Origin: Octopus sinensis
Taxonomy: Eukaryota
NCBI RefSeq assembly: GCF_006345805.1
Contig: NC_043001.1
Coordinates: 9,920,001 to 9,984,000, forward strand
Length of the DNA: 64,000 nt
Direction: 5' to 3'
A program made the translations under genes and the position numbers. This document shows positions 11,736 through 24,782 of this stretch, piece by piece. Position 1 is the first letter of the stretch; each line of letters starts with the position of its first letter. A model generated the notes under the pieces. It saw only the letters and a list, made by a program, of their open reading frames with translations. It was not told where the DNA came from and made no database searches.

Positions 11736-12975
11736 TGTGTGTGTATGTGTGTTTGTCCCCCACTATTGTTTGACAACCAGTGTTGGTGTGTTTAGATCCC
11801 TATTAATGATTTGACAAGAAAGACTGATCAAATAAATACCAGGCTTTAAAAAAAATAGACATAAAATTACAAAATTTCTGGAGTTGATTCCTTTGCCCCA
11901 AATTCTTAAACATGGTGTTTCAATGTGGCTGCAATCTACTAACTGGAACAAATTAAAGACACTGTACAAAATAATTAAAATTTTTAATTGGAACTGCTCT
12001 GCTCATTTTGTCAGTATTCTGAAGAAAGGCATGAATGTTACCAATTCCTAACTTTTCTATATAGCATATTGGTAAAGCCTGTCACCTGATAGAAGAATCA
12101 CTAAATCATTGTTTAGGAATGACAGTTAATTCATATAATAAAACTCTGATTTATAGATATTAGATATTATTGTTTTATTGTCTATTTTCTATTCTGTTTT
12201 TATTATTATTATTATTATTATTGTCTATATATTTTTTTTTGTTTTTGATGGATTTAAAGTACTTCGAAATGTATTATTGTGTTGTAGTCCAGTCTTAATT
12301 TGATATTCATCTGAGGTTGACAGCTACCATTCAATTTTGTTTTCAAGATCATGCTCACTATCAGAGAATGAATTTTGTATAAAGAATTCATATTTCACAC
12401 ACACACACACACACACATGAGATTTAATATCAAGCTTTCTTGCCTGCGTGGTTTTGACAAGATCCAAAGAGTCAAAGATTGTCAAGCTCCGGTGTATTCT
12501 TAGACATGGTTTCTATGGCTGGATGTCCTTCCTAACGCCGGCTGCTTCACAGAATGTACTGGTTGCTTTTTACACAGCACTTGCACTGGTAAGGTCACCA
12601 AGTAATTCCTAAGACAAATGAAAAAAACTCCAAAGGTGACTTCCTGCTGGGTGTTGAGAGGCTGAAGTATGATCGCGGCACAGCAGAGGCATCTTGCTTT
12701 TGGAGGGGATATATGGCTCCTTCACATTATATGAAACTGGTGGGGGGAGCAGCTGGAATGAAGGCAATAATGGTTAATTACATATATATTTTTTTTATAA
12801 GTGCAGAAGTGGCTGTGTGGTAAGTAGCTTGCTTACCAACCACATGGTTCCAGGTTCAGTCCCACTGCGTGGCACCTTGGGCAAGTGTCTTCTACTATCG
12901 CTTCAGGCTGACCAAAGACTTGTGAGTGGATTTGGTAGATGTAAACTGAAAGAAGCATGTCGTATATATATGTGT

Positions 12976-13010
<35 letters not shown>

Positions 13011-13793
13011 GTCATGTCATTGTTTTAATATCCACTCTTTCATGCTTGTATGGCTGGACATGTTTCCACAGAAGTCTGAAAACAAACAGTACCATTTGCA
13101 TAATGGTGACTCTCTACAACTATCATTCCATTATGTCATGACAAAACGACAAAGACACACATTTAGACACGTATATACATATAAACAATGGGTAACTTTC
13201 AGTGTCTGCCAACTAGAAACTGCTGGCTTATTCAGTTTGTCTGATTGTGTAGTAGGTTGCCAAGCAAATATCTAAGTTTCAGTCAACATGAATTTTATAC
13301 ATATTCAAAAATTTTAAGTTGAAAATCATAATGTATTTTAATTTTTCTTTCACTAACAGCAAATATAGTCCTTACCAATATTCTTACACCTATCTCGTCT
13401 TTATTGTCAACTCAACATTTGTATCTTCCATGCTGTGACCCCATTTTTAAACATGAATAAGATAACATTTTTCTAACTAGTGTGACAGAATCGATGTTTT
13501 TCTTACATCAACGTTGCCAAGAGACAAAATACATTGGATGCATGTTGCACTGGAAAACTGTCTTATTTAGAAAAATCACAATTATGATAAATACAAGTTG
13601 AGAAAAGCAAATCTCTTTTTAACTGTTTCACTGCTAGTTATGAGGCTCTGCTAGAGACATTTCTTCATAGACATCTCATATCCATCGTCATCATTTATTC
13701 AGTAGAATTCACAAAACACTTTCTTCCTTTTTTTTTTATTATTTCTTTCTTTTAGTTTGGTATATTTTGCACCTTATTTCTCTTGCTGAGAAT

Positions 13794-14190
13794 TACTCTT
13801 TTACTCTTTTACTTGTTTCAGTCATTTGACTGCAGCCATGCTGGAGCACCACCTTTAGTCGAGCAAATCAACCCCGGGACTTATTCTTTTTGTAAGCCCA
13901 GTACTTATTCCATCGGTCTCTTTTGCCGAACCGCTAAGTGACGGGGACGTAAACACACCAACATCGGTTGTCAAGCAATGCTAGGGGGACAAACACAGAC
14001 ACACAAACACACACATACATATATATACATATACATATATATGACAGGCTTCTTTCAGTTTCCGTCTACCAAATCCACTCACAAGGCATTGGTCGGCCCG
14101 GGGCTATAGCAGAAGACACTTGCCCAAGATGCCATGCAGTGGGACTGAACCTGGAACCATGTGGTTGGTTAGCAAGCCACTCCTGCACCT
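13794..14190 (-). mobile_element. SINE family A copy with a 44-bp or longer flanking direct repeat
   Basis: ttttagtttggtatattttgcaccttatttctcttgctgagaat at 13750-13793 and again ending at 14250. Confidence 0.9.
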
Positions 14191-14997
14191 ATTCTTTCTT
14201 TCTTTTTTTTAGTTTGGTATATTTTGCACCTTATTTCTCTTGCTGAGAATGTTTTTATTTTTATTCTTATTCATTCTTATATTTGCTCCCTTGTAAACAC
14301 AAAGCTCTGTTTGACTTTGAAAAAAAGAATTTTAAATCATCATAGACAACTAAAAATACACAGGTAGAAGAAATAAACTTCCATTCCTTCTTTGTTGTTT
14401 GTTATCAAATTTCCTATCTTTAACCTATCAAGTTGTTTAAATTCTGGCTTGGAAACCAATCCTCTTTCTCTCTTTATTACATTACCGCTCTAAGTAAATA
14501 CACTCCGTAAACATTTAACTAATCAGAGTTCGTTGCTATTTATTGTGTCACCTGAGGTTTACCTTCAAATTCTCTGATACAAACAAATAGGAAACTATAT
14601 TGTTTCATATAGCTTGTAGTTCTTCACTTCGGTCGGTACCTTGTTAACCCTTTTGATAACAATCTGCCTGAGAACACCTCTGGTTCTATAATACGTTTTG
14701 CTGCTTTGAAGTAATCTAAATTAAAACTTACCATGGAAATTTCATGTCAATTTATGTTCTAAATACCAGTTTAACAACCAAAATGGCTATTTTATTAAAT
14801 TCTTCATTATTTTCGAAATTACTTGGAACTAAGTCAATGTATTTTAACAGAAACGTAATAACAATAAATAGATTAACTTTATATGCATTTCGTTTTTGGA
14901 TTTGGTTTGCAAGATTCTTTGTGTGAGTACGTGTGTTGAAGCATATTTTGTTGTGTCTGGGGAGAGTCAGTCTCTTTTGGTGCCTTATTATTTAACA

Positions 14998-15300
14998 CGT
15001 GGAGGCATAATGGCCCAGTGGTTAAGGCAGCGGACACACGGTCATAGAATCATGGTTTTGATTCCCAGACCAGGTGTTGTAAGTGTTTATTGAGTGAAAA
15101 CACCTAAAAGCTCCACGAGGCTCCGGCAGGGGTTGCTGGCAATCCCTGCTGTACTCTTTCACCACAACTTTCTCTCACTCTTTCTTCTGTTGGCCTGCTC
15201 GCTTAGCCAGCGGGGTGGTGTCATTTGAAGGCTAAAACAATGCGAAGCACATTGTGACCAGTGATGTGTAGCAACACTTGATAGCCTAGTCGGTCACGGT
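14998..15300 (+). mobile_element. SINE family E copy
   Basis: gtggaggcataatggcccagtggttaagg..gattcccagacc; same tail as 3399-3710. Confidence 0.85.
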
Positions 15301-15623
15301 GATAATTTACCACACTCACTGGTCAAATTTCTTTTCTATTTTTCTAAAATTTTCATTGCATCTTGCAACCTTTTCAAAAGTTTTGAGACAAAATAGTTTT
15401 GAGTGTGTTAAATTTATATGCATTAGTTTTTGTTTTGTTTTTTTTAAGAATCAACATCATTTTTGGATGATCCAGAGCAAGAATTCTCCTTACTTTATCC
15501 CTGACTGATTCATAAGTTATGTATTTGTTCCCTTCAAAGCCCAATATAAATCAAACTTCCTTTTTTTCCTGGTAAATCTGCATTATTGATTTAGATAAAA
15601 CTAGACCTTCTCACTAATTCTCA

Positions 15624-15996
15624 TCTATATATATAAAGCTGAAGTTGTCTGTGTATGGCAGGTTTGGTAGCCTTCAACTAACACTATCTCCTCCGAGACC
15701 TGAAGCGCAAGTTGACCAAAATTGAGGGCATCATAGAAGAAGGCTTGCTCTTCCTTCCATAGAAGATAAAATTCAAATTGGACCATGTTAACACCAAAAA
15801 TTATTTACATCAAAAAGGTGCTTTTTTTTCTATGAAAATCCCTATTTTTTACAATTTTTTGACTGCTGTGTCGTCATTTTTTGGTGTATTTCAACTAGAA
15901 AAATGTTAAGCTACATAATGCAAAATTTTTACTTTTCAAAAATTCCAATTCTAAAGGGTCAAAACAAACCCGAGCAACGCCGGGCGATACTGCTAG
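15624..15996 (+). mobile_element. non-autonomous Helitron (373 bp)
   Basis: 5' A|TCTATATATATAAAG; subterminal hairpin CCCG-agcaacgc-CGGG; 3' CTAG|T. Confidence 0.85.
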
Positions 15997-17170
15997 TAGT
16001 CATATAAAAAGAACATGGGAATTTACACACATTATTGGAAACATCCGTAGTCTTTGGAAGAGCTTCAGAATGTTGCTTTCTATAAAGTGAAGGAAGAAGT
16101 ACCACACACAAAGATGGATAACACGAAACAGAAGACAGAAGCATGATGCAGGTGACTGCATGGTTATGGCAGCAGAGGATACCCATTATCTAGTGACTAT
16201 AAAAGGAGCATGTGTGACTTCTTGAACTCACGATGGGAATACCAAGTAAAGTCTGAATAGAATGGGAAGTGAAAGCCATTAATTGCTGCTTGAAAGCAGG
16301 GAGGCTGTTATTGTGTAGAGTGAAAGTGAATTAACTCTTCCAGTGCCACATTGTCAATGGCCTACCTGTTTCCAGTGATGCTGTATTTCATTATTATATT
16401 ATATATTAGCATAGTCAATAGGGAGCTTTTATTCTACCAGTTTTGAAGAAGAAGGCATTTTTATCTGGACATGTTGTTCTTTAGATTCAGCTCATTCTTG
16501 ATCAAGCAGACTTGCAATTAAGCCTTCTAGCTGTGACCATCCTGTCATTTCAGATATAATTAATCTCAAATGTGTGTTTTTCTTTCTCTTTTCTTCTTTT
16601 TCTCTAAGATTACACAGTGTGATTTGTGTGACATATGACTGTTATTTCTAGCAGATTATGTGACTGACTATAGAGGAGGCTTCCTTGTTGGTTTGTTTAC
16701 TTGATTATGGTTGAATGTGTATGGCAACATCTGGTAACTTAACTGAAATCACATTCAGCAGTAAAAGAATTTAGGAGAATAGGTTTGTCATCAGTTCCAA
16801 TTTTCAGAGAGAAGCTGAAGAAATAGAAACTCAAAATTAGTTTTACCATTATGATTGAGGACCCTATTTTTTTACTGTTTTCTTTTTATACTCTTTGCTT
16901 ATCACATTTTCCCTTGATAAGTGGAATTGGATTAAACACTCCAAGCTAACTTCTTGTCAGTTTTAGAGAGATGGTGAGCTGTTACTATCAGGTCATCCCA
17001 TAAGTTCTGTCCAATTTTACCTTTTTTAAAATTGAATGAAATTTAATAGTATATTAGAATGTTAAACAGAATTAAAAATTATTTTTATGCATTTGTGTAT
17101 ATTTAAACTAATTAAATATTATTTACAGAATAATAGAATTAACATTTCTTTGATTAAAACCCTTTCTAAC

Positions 17171-17258
17171 CTGGAAGTATCCAAAGAGCATTTGAGGCAC
17201 ATAATGCTTTATGAGTACAAAAAAGGAAACTCTGCAGCCGAAACGACTCAAAACATAC
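17171..17258 (+). pseudogene. mariner transposase N-terminal HTH fragment
   Basis: LEVSKEHLRHIMLYEYKKGNSAAETTQNI resembles the Mos1-like N-terminus (KEH.RH.ML..F.KG..A.E..RNI). Confidence 0.8.
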
Positions 17259-18946
17259 AACTATTCAAACTAAGCCACTGGATGGATAGCTGCTTTAGTC
17301 AGGGACACAATCTAGTTTTAGGAACAATATACAAACTGTTGGTATGTCGGTTGGTGGTATGGTACCCTGTTATTTGTACCCAACGTCTGTGTAGATACAA
17401 TTAGAAAATATCCGGAAAATATTAAACTGAAATATATATATCTCTGTAATTAGAGAGCTGGTGTTTAACACCAGTTTCCCCACATGAAATGAATAAGAGA
17501 CAATCTCGACTGGACAGGATGTGGGTTTGATAATGCTCATAGATGATTGAGTATTTGTTCTCAACAGCTTGGTAAATTGAGACAGCATCGAATGAAGTGA
17601 TCTGTGCAGAAACACAACAGCATGTGAACAGCAGATCTCGACTTATTGAACTGTCAACAGATAATTGAATACCTTAGCCGTTCTGCCATTCCCACTTCTG
17701 TTGACCCATAGAATGGGATTAATAGACACAGATGCCATATTTCAGCATCATGTGGGAAGGTTTATGATGCTGCTCTTAATTATCTGCTTGGTGGGGGTTG
17801 TATTAGAAGGAAGATAATTCCTCTGACTAATGTGTGTAACTCACTTTGAGTAAGAAAATATAGAACAATTTATCTTAAGATTGAAATCTGTATAAATATA
17901 TTCCGGCTTCTCTGTTCCGTTAGATTTTAAAATAGACTAGGATAAGTGCTAAAACAAGATCTGATTGCTAGGTTTCACACTAGAAATCCTGATTGCACCA
18001 TTTTCATTCTATACCTGAAACCAAATTTAAAATGATAATAAAGTAGGATATAAAATGTCTATTTAAGAAAGTCAGATCATCTCTGGTAAAGTTATTTTTG
18101 TAAGACTCCATTTTTATCCTGATGTTATAGTGTCTGTCTCACTAACAAACAAACGTTTATAGACATCGACATCTACTTGTTGCCCAAGGAAAGAGGACAG
18201 CATGAATGCCACAACTGTGAAAATTTATACAATACATATAATTCCTTCTATTGCCACAAAGTTGTTATATATTTACAACATGGTTGGCAAAAAAGAACAA
18301 TAGTAAATAAAATGCAGAATATACTTGCAATAAATATATATATGGAAGGTGTTTGCTCTAGACACAAATGTTGACTTAGTTTTCCTTTCTTAATAATTAA
18401 GTTAAATCTTTGCAGTATATATATATATAAATATATATATGTAATAAGGTAGTATATCTTTTTGAATGCCAATGGTTGAAAATATTGTTAGTGAATGCCA
18501 ACTGGATGGTAACTCTTAAAGATTTTGTTTCAGTTTCCAGCATAAAAGTTATTTTCACTGGGAAAAAAAAAGTTCATAAATAAACAGACACACAAAAAAA
18601 TAAATGAAAATAAGACATTGAAAGAAATGGTAAATATAAGAATTTATGTGCCATATATGGTGTTATCTATGAATGGGTTCATTAAAACTTTGAATTATTT
18701 GTTCTGTTGATCAAGATACATGACCTTCCATCAATAGAGCGCTGATTAGAATCCACCATACCAGACTATCAGTCGTTACACGATACATTGTTCACAAAAA
18801 TTATAGATAATCATTTTATGATAAAAATCTAGTAATTTTATTTAGAATTAAACATACGATAACTATATTTACTGCCTGGGTTTGTAACTGATGACAACTA
18901 ATATTTTCAGGCAAAATATACATTGGTCTATCTATCTATCTATGTG

Positions 18947-18977
<31 letters not shown>

Positions 18978-19317
18978 GTATCTAATATCGTCATCATTAT
19001 CATCATCACCATCAATTAATATTGGTTTTCCATGCTGGCATGGGTTGGATGGTTTGATAGCTGGCAAGGCTGGTAGTTGTAGCAGGTTCCATTGTCTGTT
19101 TGGCTTGGTTTCTACAGATAGACGTCCTTCCTAGGTCCAACTGCTTTACATCATCATCATCATCATCGTCGTTTAGCATCCGCTTTCCATGCTAGCATGT
19201 GCTAAGTGCTTTTTACTATATATATATATATATATATATAAGATTGTTATTAAAATATCGATCTTATCAAGTGGCCAGCATGGGAATAAAAACCTTATTG
19301 GTAATAATTATTGTTAT

Positions 19318-19540
19318 AATTATAATTAAAGGTATCTAAAAGATACCACCATGCTAGAGATAGCAGTCAAAACTTGACTCTAAAACCACATCAAGTATTC
19401 ATACAGCACCAGGAGAAAAGACAAATAGACAAATAAACTAGCAAAGTTATGCTGTATGAATACCTGATGTGGTTTTAGAGTCAAGTCTTGACTGCTATCT
19501 CTAGCATGGTGGTATCTTTTAGATACCTTTAATTATAATT
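19318..19540. repeat. near-perfect inverted repeat, 91-bp arms, 41-bp spacer
   Basis: 19318-19408 vs 19450-19540, 2 mismatches seen. Confidence 0.95.
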
Positions 19541-19930
19541 TTAAGATGATGATGATGATATATATATATATCATCATCATCATTGAATTAATGTCCACAT
19601 TTCTTTTCATGCTTTGGTAAAAATTCATTGAAGTAGATTTTCTATGGCTAGATGCTCTTCTCATTGCTAACCCCCACCAGATTCCAAGCAAAGTACTATT
19701 TCTCTTTGAGGCAAACACATTTTAGAATATTGGAAGTGAACAACACTGCTTGTATAACACTGAGGCTTGTTTACAGAGTTCACATGATGTCAAGACAAGG
19801 AAATATGCACATACACTGACAATGGGCTTCGTTCAGTTTCTCCCCACACACAAGGCTCAGGGCAGGTCACAGCTATTGCAGGTGTCACCCAAACCACCCG
19901 ATTGTTCATTTTTTAAATTCATTTTTATCA

Positions 19931-20520
19931 TTTTACTTGTTTCAGTCACTGTGGCCATGCTGGAGCATTGCCTTGAGGAATTTTTTTCTCAAAGCCTGAT
20001 TCTTATTCTATTGGGTTGTTTTTTTTAACTGCTAAGTTATGGGGACATAAACACACCAACACCAGTTGCCATGTTGTGGTGGGGGACAGACACACACACA
20101 CATACGCACATATATACATACACACGTTATTAGATGTAGCAACATGTGAATCGTTGGTGATTTTTTTTTTTCCATCTTCCTTTTCTCTCGGACTTTCCTC
20201 TGACTTCTGTTTCCGAAGAAGAGCTTTTGCTCGAAACATAAAATCCACCTTTCTTTCCTTCCCTGAGCCTCTGATAATACTTTACATGTGCCATGTCCTT
20301 GGGTTATTGTTTTTTGTGTTTGGCCTTCATTTTTTTTATATTTTGGATTTACTATATATATTCAACAGGTTTCTTTCAGTTTCCATCTGCCAAATCCACT
20401 TACAAGGCTTTGGGTCAGCCCAAGGCTGTAGTAGAAGATACTGGCCCAAGATGCCATGCAGTGGGACTGAACTCAGAATTATATGATTAGAAAGTAAGCT
20501 TCTTACCCCACACACGTATG
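19931..20520 (-). mobile_element. SINE family A copy interrupted by an HHR element
   Basis: Tail 19931-20126 and head 20361-20520 flank an unrelated insert. Confidence 0.8.
20209..20244 (+). ncRNA. minimal type I hammerhead motif within ~230-bp insert 20127-20360
   Basis: GUUU CCGAAGA A GAGC uuuu GCUC GAAA C A U A AAAU: stem II perfect; stem III probably ACGU with CpG decay; insert ends in TATATA. Confidence 0.65.
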
Positions 20521-20865
20521 CCAAAAGCTTCTTCTGACATTCTTACACAACAATGTTTCCTGTTGTCTTTCTGTTGTGTACAATTGGTTGATTGACGTAT
20601 CTGATGTAGAATGTCTGTTTAAATCATGTCCTCGAGGAATTCCTATATTGCCAAAGATGTATCAGGAGAGAATACAGACTAAACCTTTGGTAAAACAACA
20701 AAGCTAATAATAATAATAATAATAATAGTAATAATAATAAATTATATAATCTTAAATATTATTATTATTATTATTATCAGGTTTGTCATGATGTGTTTAT
20801 AAGAAGTGTTTTTAAGAACCTAAATATGGAAGGGAATCAATGTTGTAAACCATCATCCTTTACAT

Positions 20866-21215
20866 AGGCAGAGGCAAGGTTGTGTGGCAAGAATCTCATA
20901 GCATGACACCTTGAGCAAGTATCTTCTACTATAGCCTCAGGCCGACCAAAAGCCTTGTGAGTGGATTTGGTAGCCAGGAACTGAAAGACGTCTGTCATAT
21001 ACATGCACATGCGTGTGTGTGTTTGTCTCTCTCCTACCCTTTGACAACCTGTGTTGTGTGTTAACATCTCTGTAACTTAGGCGTTCGGTAAACAGATTTA
21101 TAAAGGAAATACCATTCTTAAAAGAAGAAAAAGAAATAGGATTGATTTGTTGGACTAAAGTTCTTGAAAGAAGTGTCCTAGCATAGCCGCAGTCTAATAA
21201 CTGAAACAAATAAAA
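20866..21215 (+). mobile_element. SINE family A copy, diverged
   Basis: accttgagcaagtatcttctactatagcctcaggccgaccaaaagccttgtgagtggatttgg. Confidence 0.75.
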
Positions 21216-21434
21216 GGTTTAAAAAGGTAAAACATAATAAAGCAATGTCCACCTTGGCATGGTTTCTACAGGTGGATGTCCTTATTAATGCCAATTACTT
21301 TACAGGAAGTACTGGGGATTTTTTTGCATGTGTCTGGCCTAGGGGTTAAGGGTCACCAAGCAACTTGGAAGTCAGGACCCCTCAACTGAGTGGGTGTATA
21401 GTATTGAGGAAGTTGAAGGTGTTGATCATTATTT

Positions 21435-22115
21435 ACCACGTTGTGTGAGATATGATGCACATGACCAAGGCCAGTGCATGCTGGGCAGGAGGGTCCCAAA
21501 AGAATTGTCCCTTGACACAAGAGGATGAGGACGACCTCATCTTCATTTCAAGACAGATATGAAGTTACTTCATCTGGACGTCCTGAGATGGGAGGAATTT
21601 GCAAATGATCAGCCTCGCTGGAGACAAATACTGCGAAAGGGAATGAAAGTGAATGGAAGAGAAAGAGAAAAATGTCCTCAAAGAAAAGCACACTCAATGG
21701 AAAGAAAATCCATTAGCACCAGCGGAGAGCTAATTCAAATGCAGTCGCTGTATGTGTGAACCTCTAAGTTATTTTATCGATCCCATTTGGTTAACCGCTA
21801 GGTTATTTTATCGATCCCATTTTGCCGAACTGCTAAGTTATTTTATCAATCTTCTTTGGCAAGCTGCTAAGTTATTTTATCGATCTTCTTTGGCGAACCG
21901 CTAAGTTATTTTATCATTTTTTTTGGCGAACCGCTAAGTTATTTTATCGACCCCGTTTGGCGAACTGCTAAGTTATTTTATCGATCTCCTTTGGTGAGGG
22001 CCTCTACAGCGACAGCAGAGGCTGCACCAACATCAACAGTTGACACGATTTCTTCAGGCACAGATCCATGGTCTCTCTCGAGACTGACAGATGCCTACTG
22101 CATGAGATACACTAG
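21435..22115 (+). pseudogene. RTE (BovB-like) LINE 3' end, degenerate
   Basis: RVPKEL..RG*GRPHLHFKTDMKLLHLDVLRWEEFANDQPRWRQ..FKCSRC..GLYSDSRGC matches the RTE C-terminus (GRP.L.FKD..DMK..WE..A.DR..WR) and C2H2 finger. Confidence 0.8.
21764..21997. repeat. 34-bp minisatellite x7 derived from the SINE A tail
   Basis: Units CTAAGTTATTTTATCGATC..TTTGGCGAACCG start at 21764, 21798, 21833, 21867, 21901, 21934, 21968. Confidence 0.92.
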
Positions 22116-23865
22116 GTATTTAGGCAGTATTGATTTGATATACAAATTACCTACATAGACATACCCAACCAACTTGACTATATTTCTGCTAGTTATCTTT
22201 CAATTTAAACCACATATTTGAAGTTGCAGTTATGTAAAGAAAATTTGTATAATTGCTTAGTTTTAAAATTTAACGAAAGTAGATATTTTAAAAATCAATA
22301 TCAAACCTTAATCACTAAGGATCTAAATTTTTTAAAATAATTATTATAAATGCACTTAAATCAGCTTAAAAAGTACCCAGAATGCAACAGTATGCGTGTG
22401 TTATTTGATCAGTAACCATGTTTTTATCTCAAAACACTATGTAGAAACTCACAGAGCTAACTCTTCAGATCAAAAATATTGATTTTCCACCGTTTTAAGT
22501 ACATTAATCATAATAATTTTTAACGAAATCTTTAACAAGCTTTGTTTAATATTGGTTTTGAAATATACTTCTACTGTCTGTTATATCTTCCATCTTTTTC
22601 TTCATTTTTTTTTATCCCCTAATCAAGTATACAACTTTCGTTGCACGATTACAACCTTAAATACAATCTGTTATTTTTTTCCCCCTGTGAATTGCTTGTT
22701 ACCAAGTAGAGTGCTGCAAGTCTCCTAGAATTCTAATGATTATATCTTCATGCCATAATTGGTTGCATATGTTATTCTGATTCTACGAGAGCTAAGAACT
22801 TGACATTAGTGATCTGAGTTTTTAATGCATTATAAATGTTTGATGAGAATTGATGATGCAGGTCAGATTAAAATGAATTAATGGTAGTCCATTGGTGGCA
22901 TCAGATTTAAGTCAAGGTCTGCTACTAAATAAGTTCAGATTTATGAATCAATCAAAAGAAATCGAAACATAAGTCAATACAGCAAAGATTAGAAAGATGA
23001 TTTTTTTATAAAGTGTTTCATACTTGTTTCAGTCATTGGACTGTGGCCATTCTGGGGCACCACCTCGAAGGATTTAGCTGAGCAAATTTACTCTAGTTCT
23101 TATTAATTCTGGTACCTTTTCTGTCAATCCATTTTTGGCAAACTATAGTTATATGGGTGTAAACAAACCAACGCCAGCTGTCAAATGGTGAGGCAAACAA
23201 AAAAACACCTGTGCATACACACACACACATACACATGGTGGGATTCCACACAGTTTCCATCAACCAAATTCACTCACTAGGCTTTGATTCACCTTGGGTT
23301 GTATCACAAGAAAACTTTCCTGAAGCGCTGCACAACCGGATTGAACCCAAAACCACATGTTTACACAGCAAACTTCTTAAACACACAGCCACGCATTTTG
23401 TTTAGCCCCGGGTCATTCTCCGACTAAGCAAACATATGATCAAAGAAAGACATTGGAATCTTTGCCCCCACCACAACCACCACCACCTCACTCCTCAGCT
23501 TACGTGGAACTGTCTGGGTCAAATGAAAGCATCTTATTATTGTTAAATTATACGTGATACTAGATAAAATGAAAAATTAATATTGATTTCTTTTCTTAAT
23601 CTCAATGTAGAAATAGTCAAATTACAACAATAAATGAAAATTATACTATACATTACCTATATGTATCCACTATAAACCGCCTTTTACTACAGTTGAGTGA
23701 TTTTTCTCTATATTTCTCAGAAGATAGACTATTTACTGTAATGGTAAAAAGAAAAAAATGCGTAACTTATTGTCATAATTCCTCTCTTTTGTTGCCCCTC
23801 TCTACATGCACAGGCTGTGACTGTAAAATACCTGGTTAACCATTCTTGATAAATACCCCAACAGT

Positions 23866-24235
23866 AGTGGAGGCGCAATGACCCAGTGGTTAGGGCAGCG
23901 GACTCGCAGTCAGACAATCGCGGTTTCGATTCCCAGACTGGGCGGTGTGTGTGTTTATTGAGCGAAAACGCCTAAAGCTCCACGAGGCTCTGGCAGGGGG
24001 TGGTGGCAACCCCTGTTGTACTCTTTCACTCACTCTTTCTTCCTGTTTCTTGTCCCCGACTTCCTACACAACCGCTGAGCCTGGATTCGCATTCATCCAT
24101 CTGTCGATGCTCTCGGTGTCGGGGGTTGACCTGCTTTCTCTTCTGTGGGACTTATAAATAGCAAAGGACCACGTTTCAGACTTCTCCCAGGATGAAGACC
24201 GCTTTGCTCAAACAAAACAAACAAACAAACCCCAA
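23866..24235 (+). mobile_element. SINE family E variant with a different 3' half and (AAAC)n tail
   Basis: Head shared with 14998; diverges after ~24040; terminal stem AGCAAAG/CTTTGCT before the tail. Confidence 0.75.
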
Positions 24236-24299
24236 CAGTAAACACACAATGTTCATCAATTCAGAAACAATGGTAAGCCATTAGCTACACAAAGTCAGT

Positions 24300-24650
24300 A
24301 TGAAGGCGCATGGCTCAGTGGTTAGTGTTGGACTCACAACCATGAGGTAGTGAGTGTGTTATTCCTGGACTGGGCTCTGTGTTGTGCTGTGTTCTTGAGC
24401 AAGACACTTTATTTCACGTTGCTCCAGTTCACTCAACTGTAGAAATGAGTTGCAATGTCACTGGTGCCAAACTGTATCGGCCCCTTTGCCTTTCCCTTGG
24501 ATAACATTGGTGGCGTGGAGAGGGGAGGTTGGTATGGAGGGGGTGGCTGCTGGTCTCCCATAAACAACCTTACCCAGACTTGTACCTCAGATGTTAACTT
24601 TGTAGGCATAACAATCCCATGGTCATTCAGGATCAAAGGGGATTTTTTTT
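24300..24650 (+). mobile_element. SINE family D (tRNA head plus Meta/CORE-like tgtgttcttgagcaagacactt)
   Basis: Homologous to 61022-61365. Confidence 0.8.
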
Positions 24651-24782
24651 TCTTTTACATGAAATCCCCACTGCCATATGTGTTGAGTTAAACCTTTTGG
24701 AGACTACAAAGAGTAATTATTAATAAATGAAAGACAATGTAACAGGAATCTCTAATTAACTGCATTTGTTATAATTATTTCT

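Noticed and set aside
16030-16260. Possible Tc1/mariner C-terminal remnant (HP*SLEELQNVAF)
   Set aside because: Short weak similarity, no TIR seen
18177-18290. C2H2-like HECHNCENLYNTYNSFYCH
   Set aside because: His spacing is wrong, single isolated motif, no convincing splice context
21764-21997. CRISPR-like array
   Set aside because: Units are contiguous diverged copies with no unique spacers, derive from SINE A, and there are no cas genes; eukaryotic context
24150-24210. Hammerhead-like GAAAC-GUG-GUC with 7-bp stem I on the minus strand
   Set aside because: No CUGANGA-type core between stems I and II; better explained as the 3' stem-loop of a plus-strand SINE before its (AAAC)n tail
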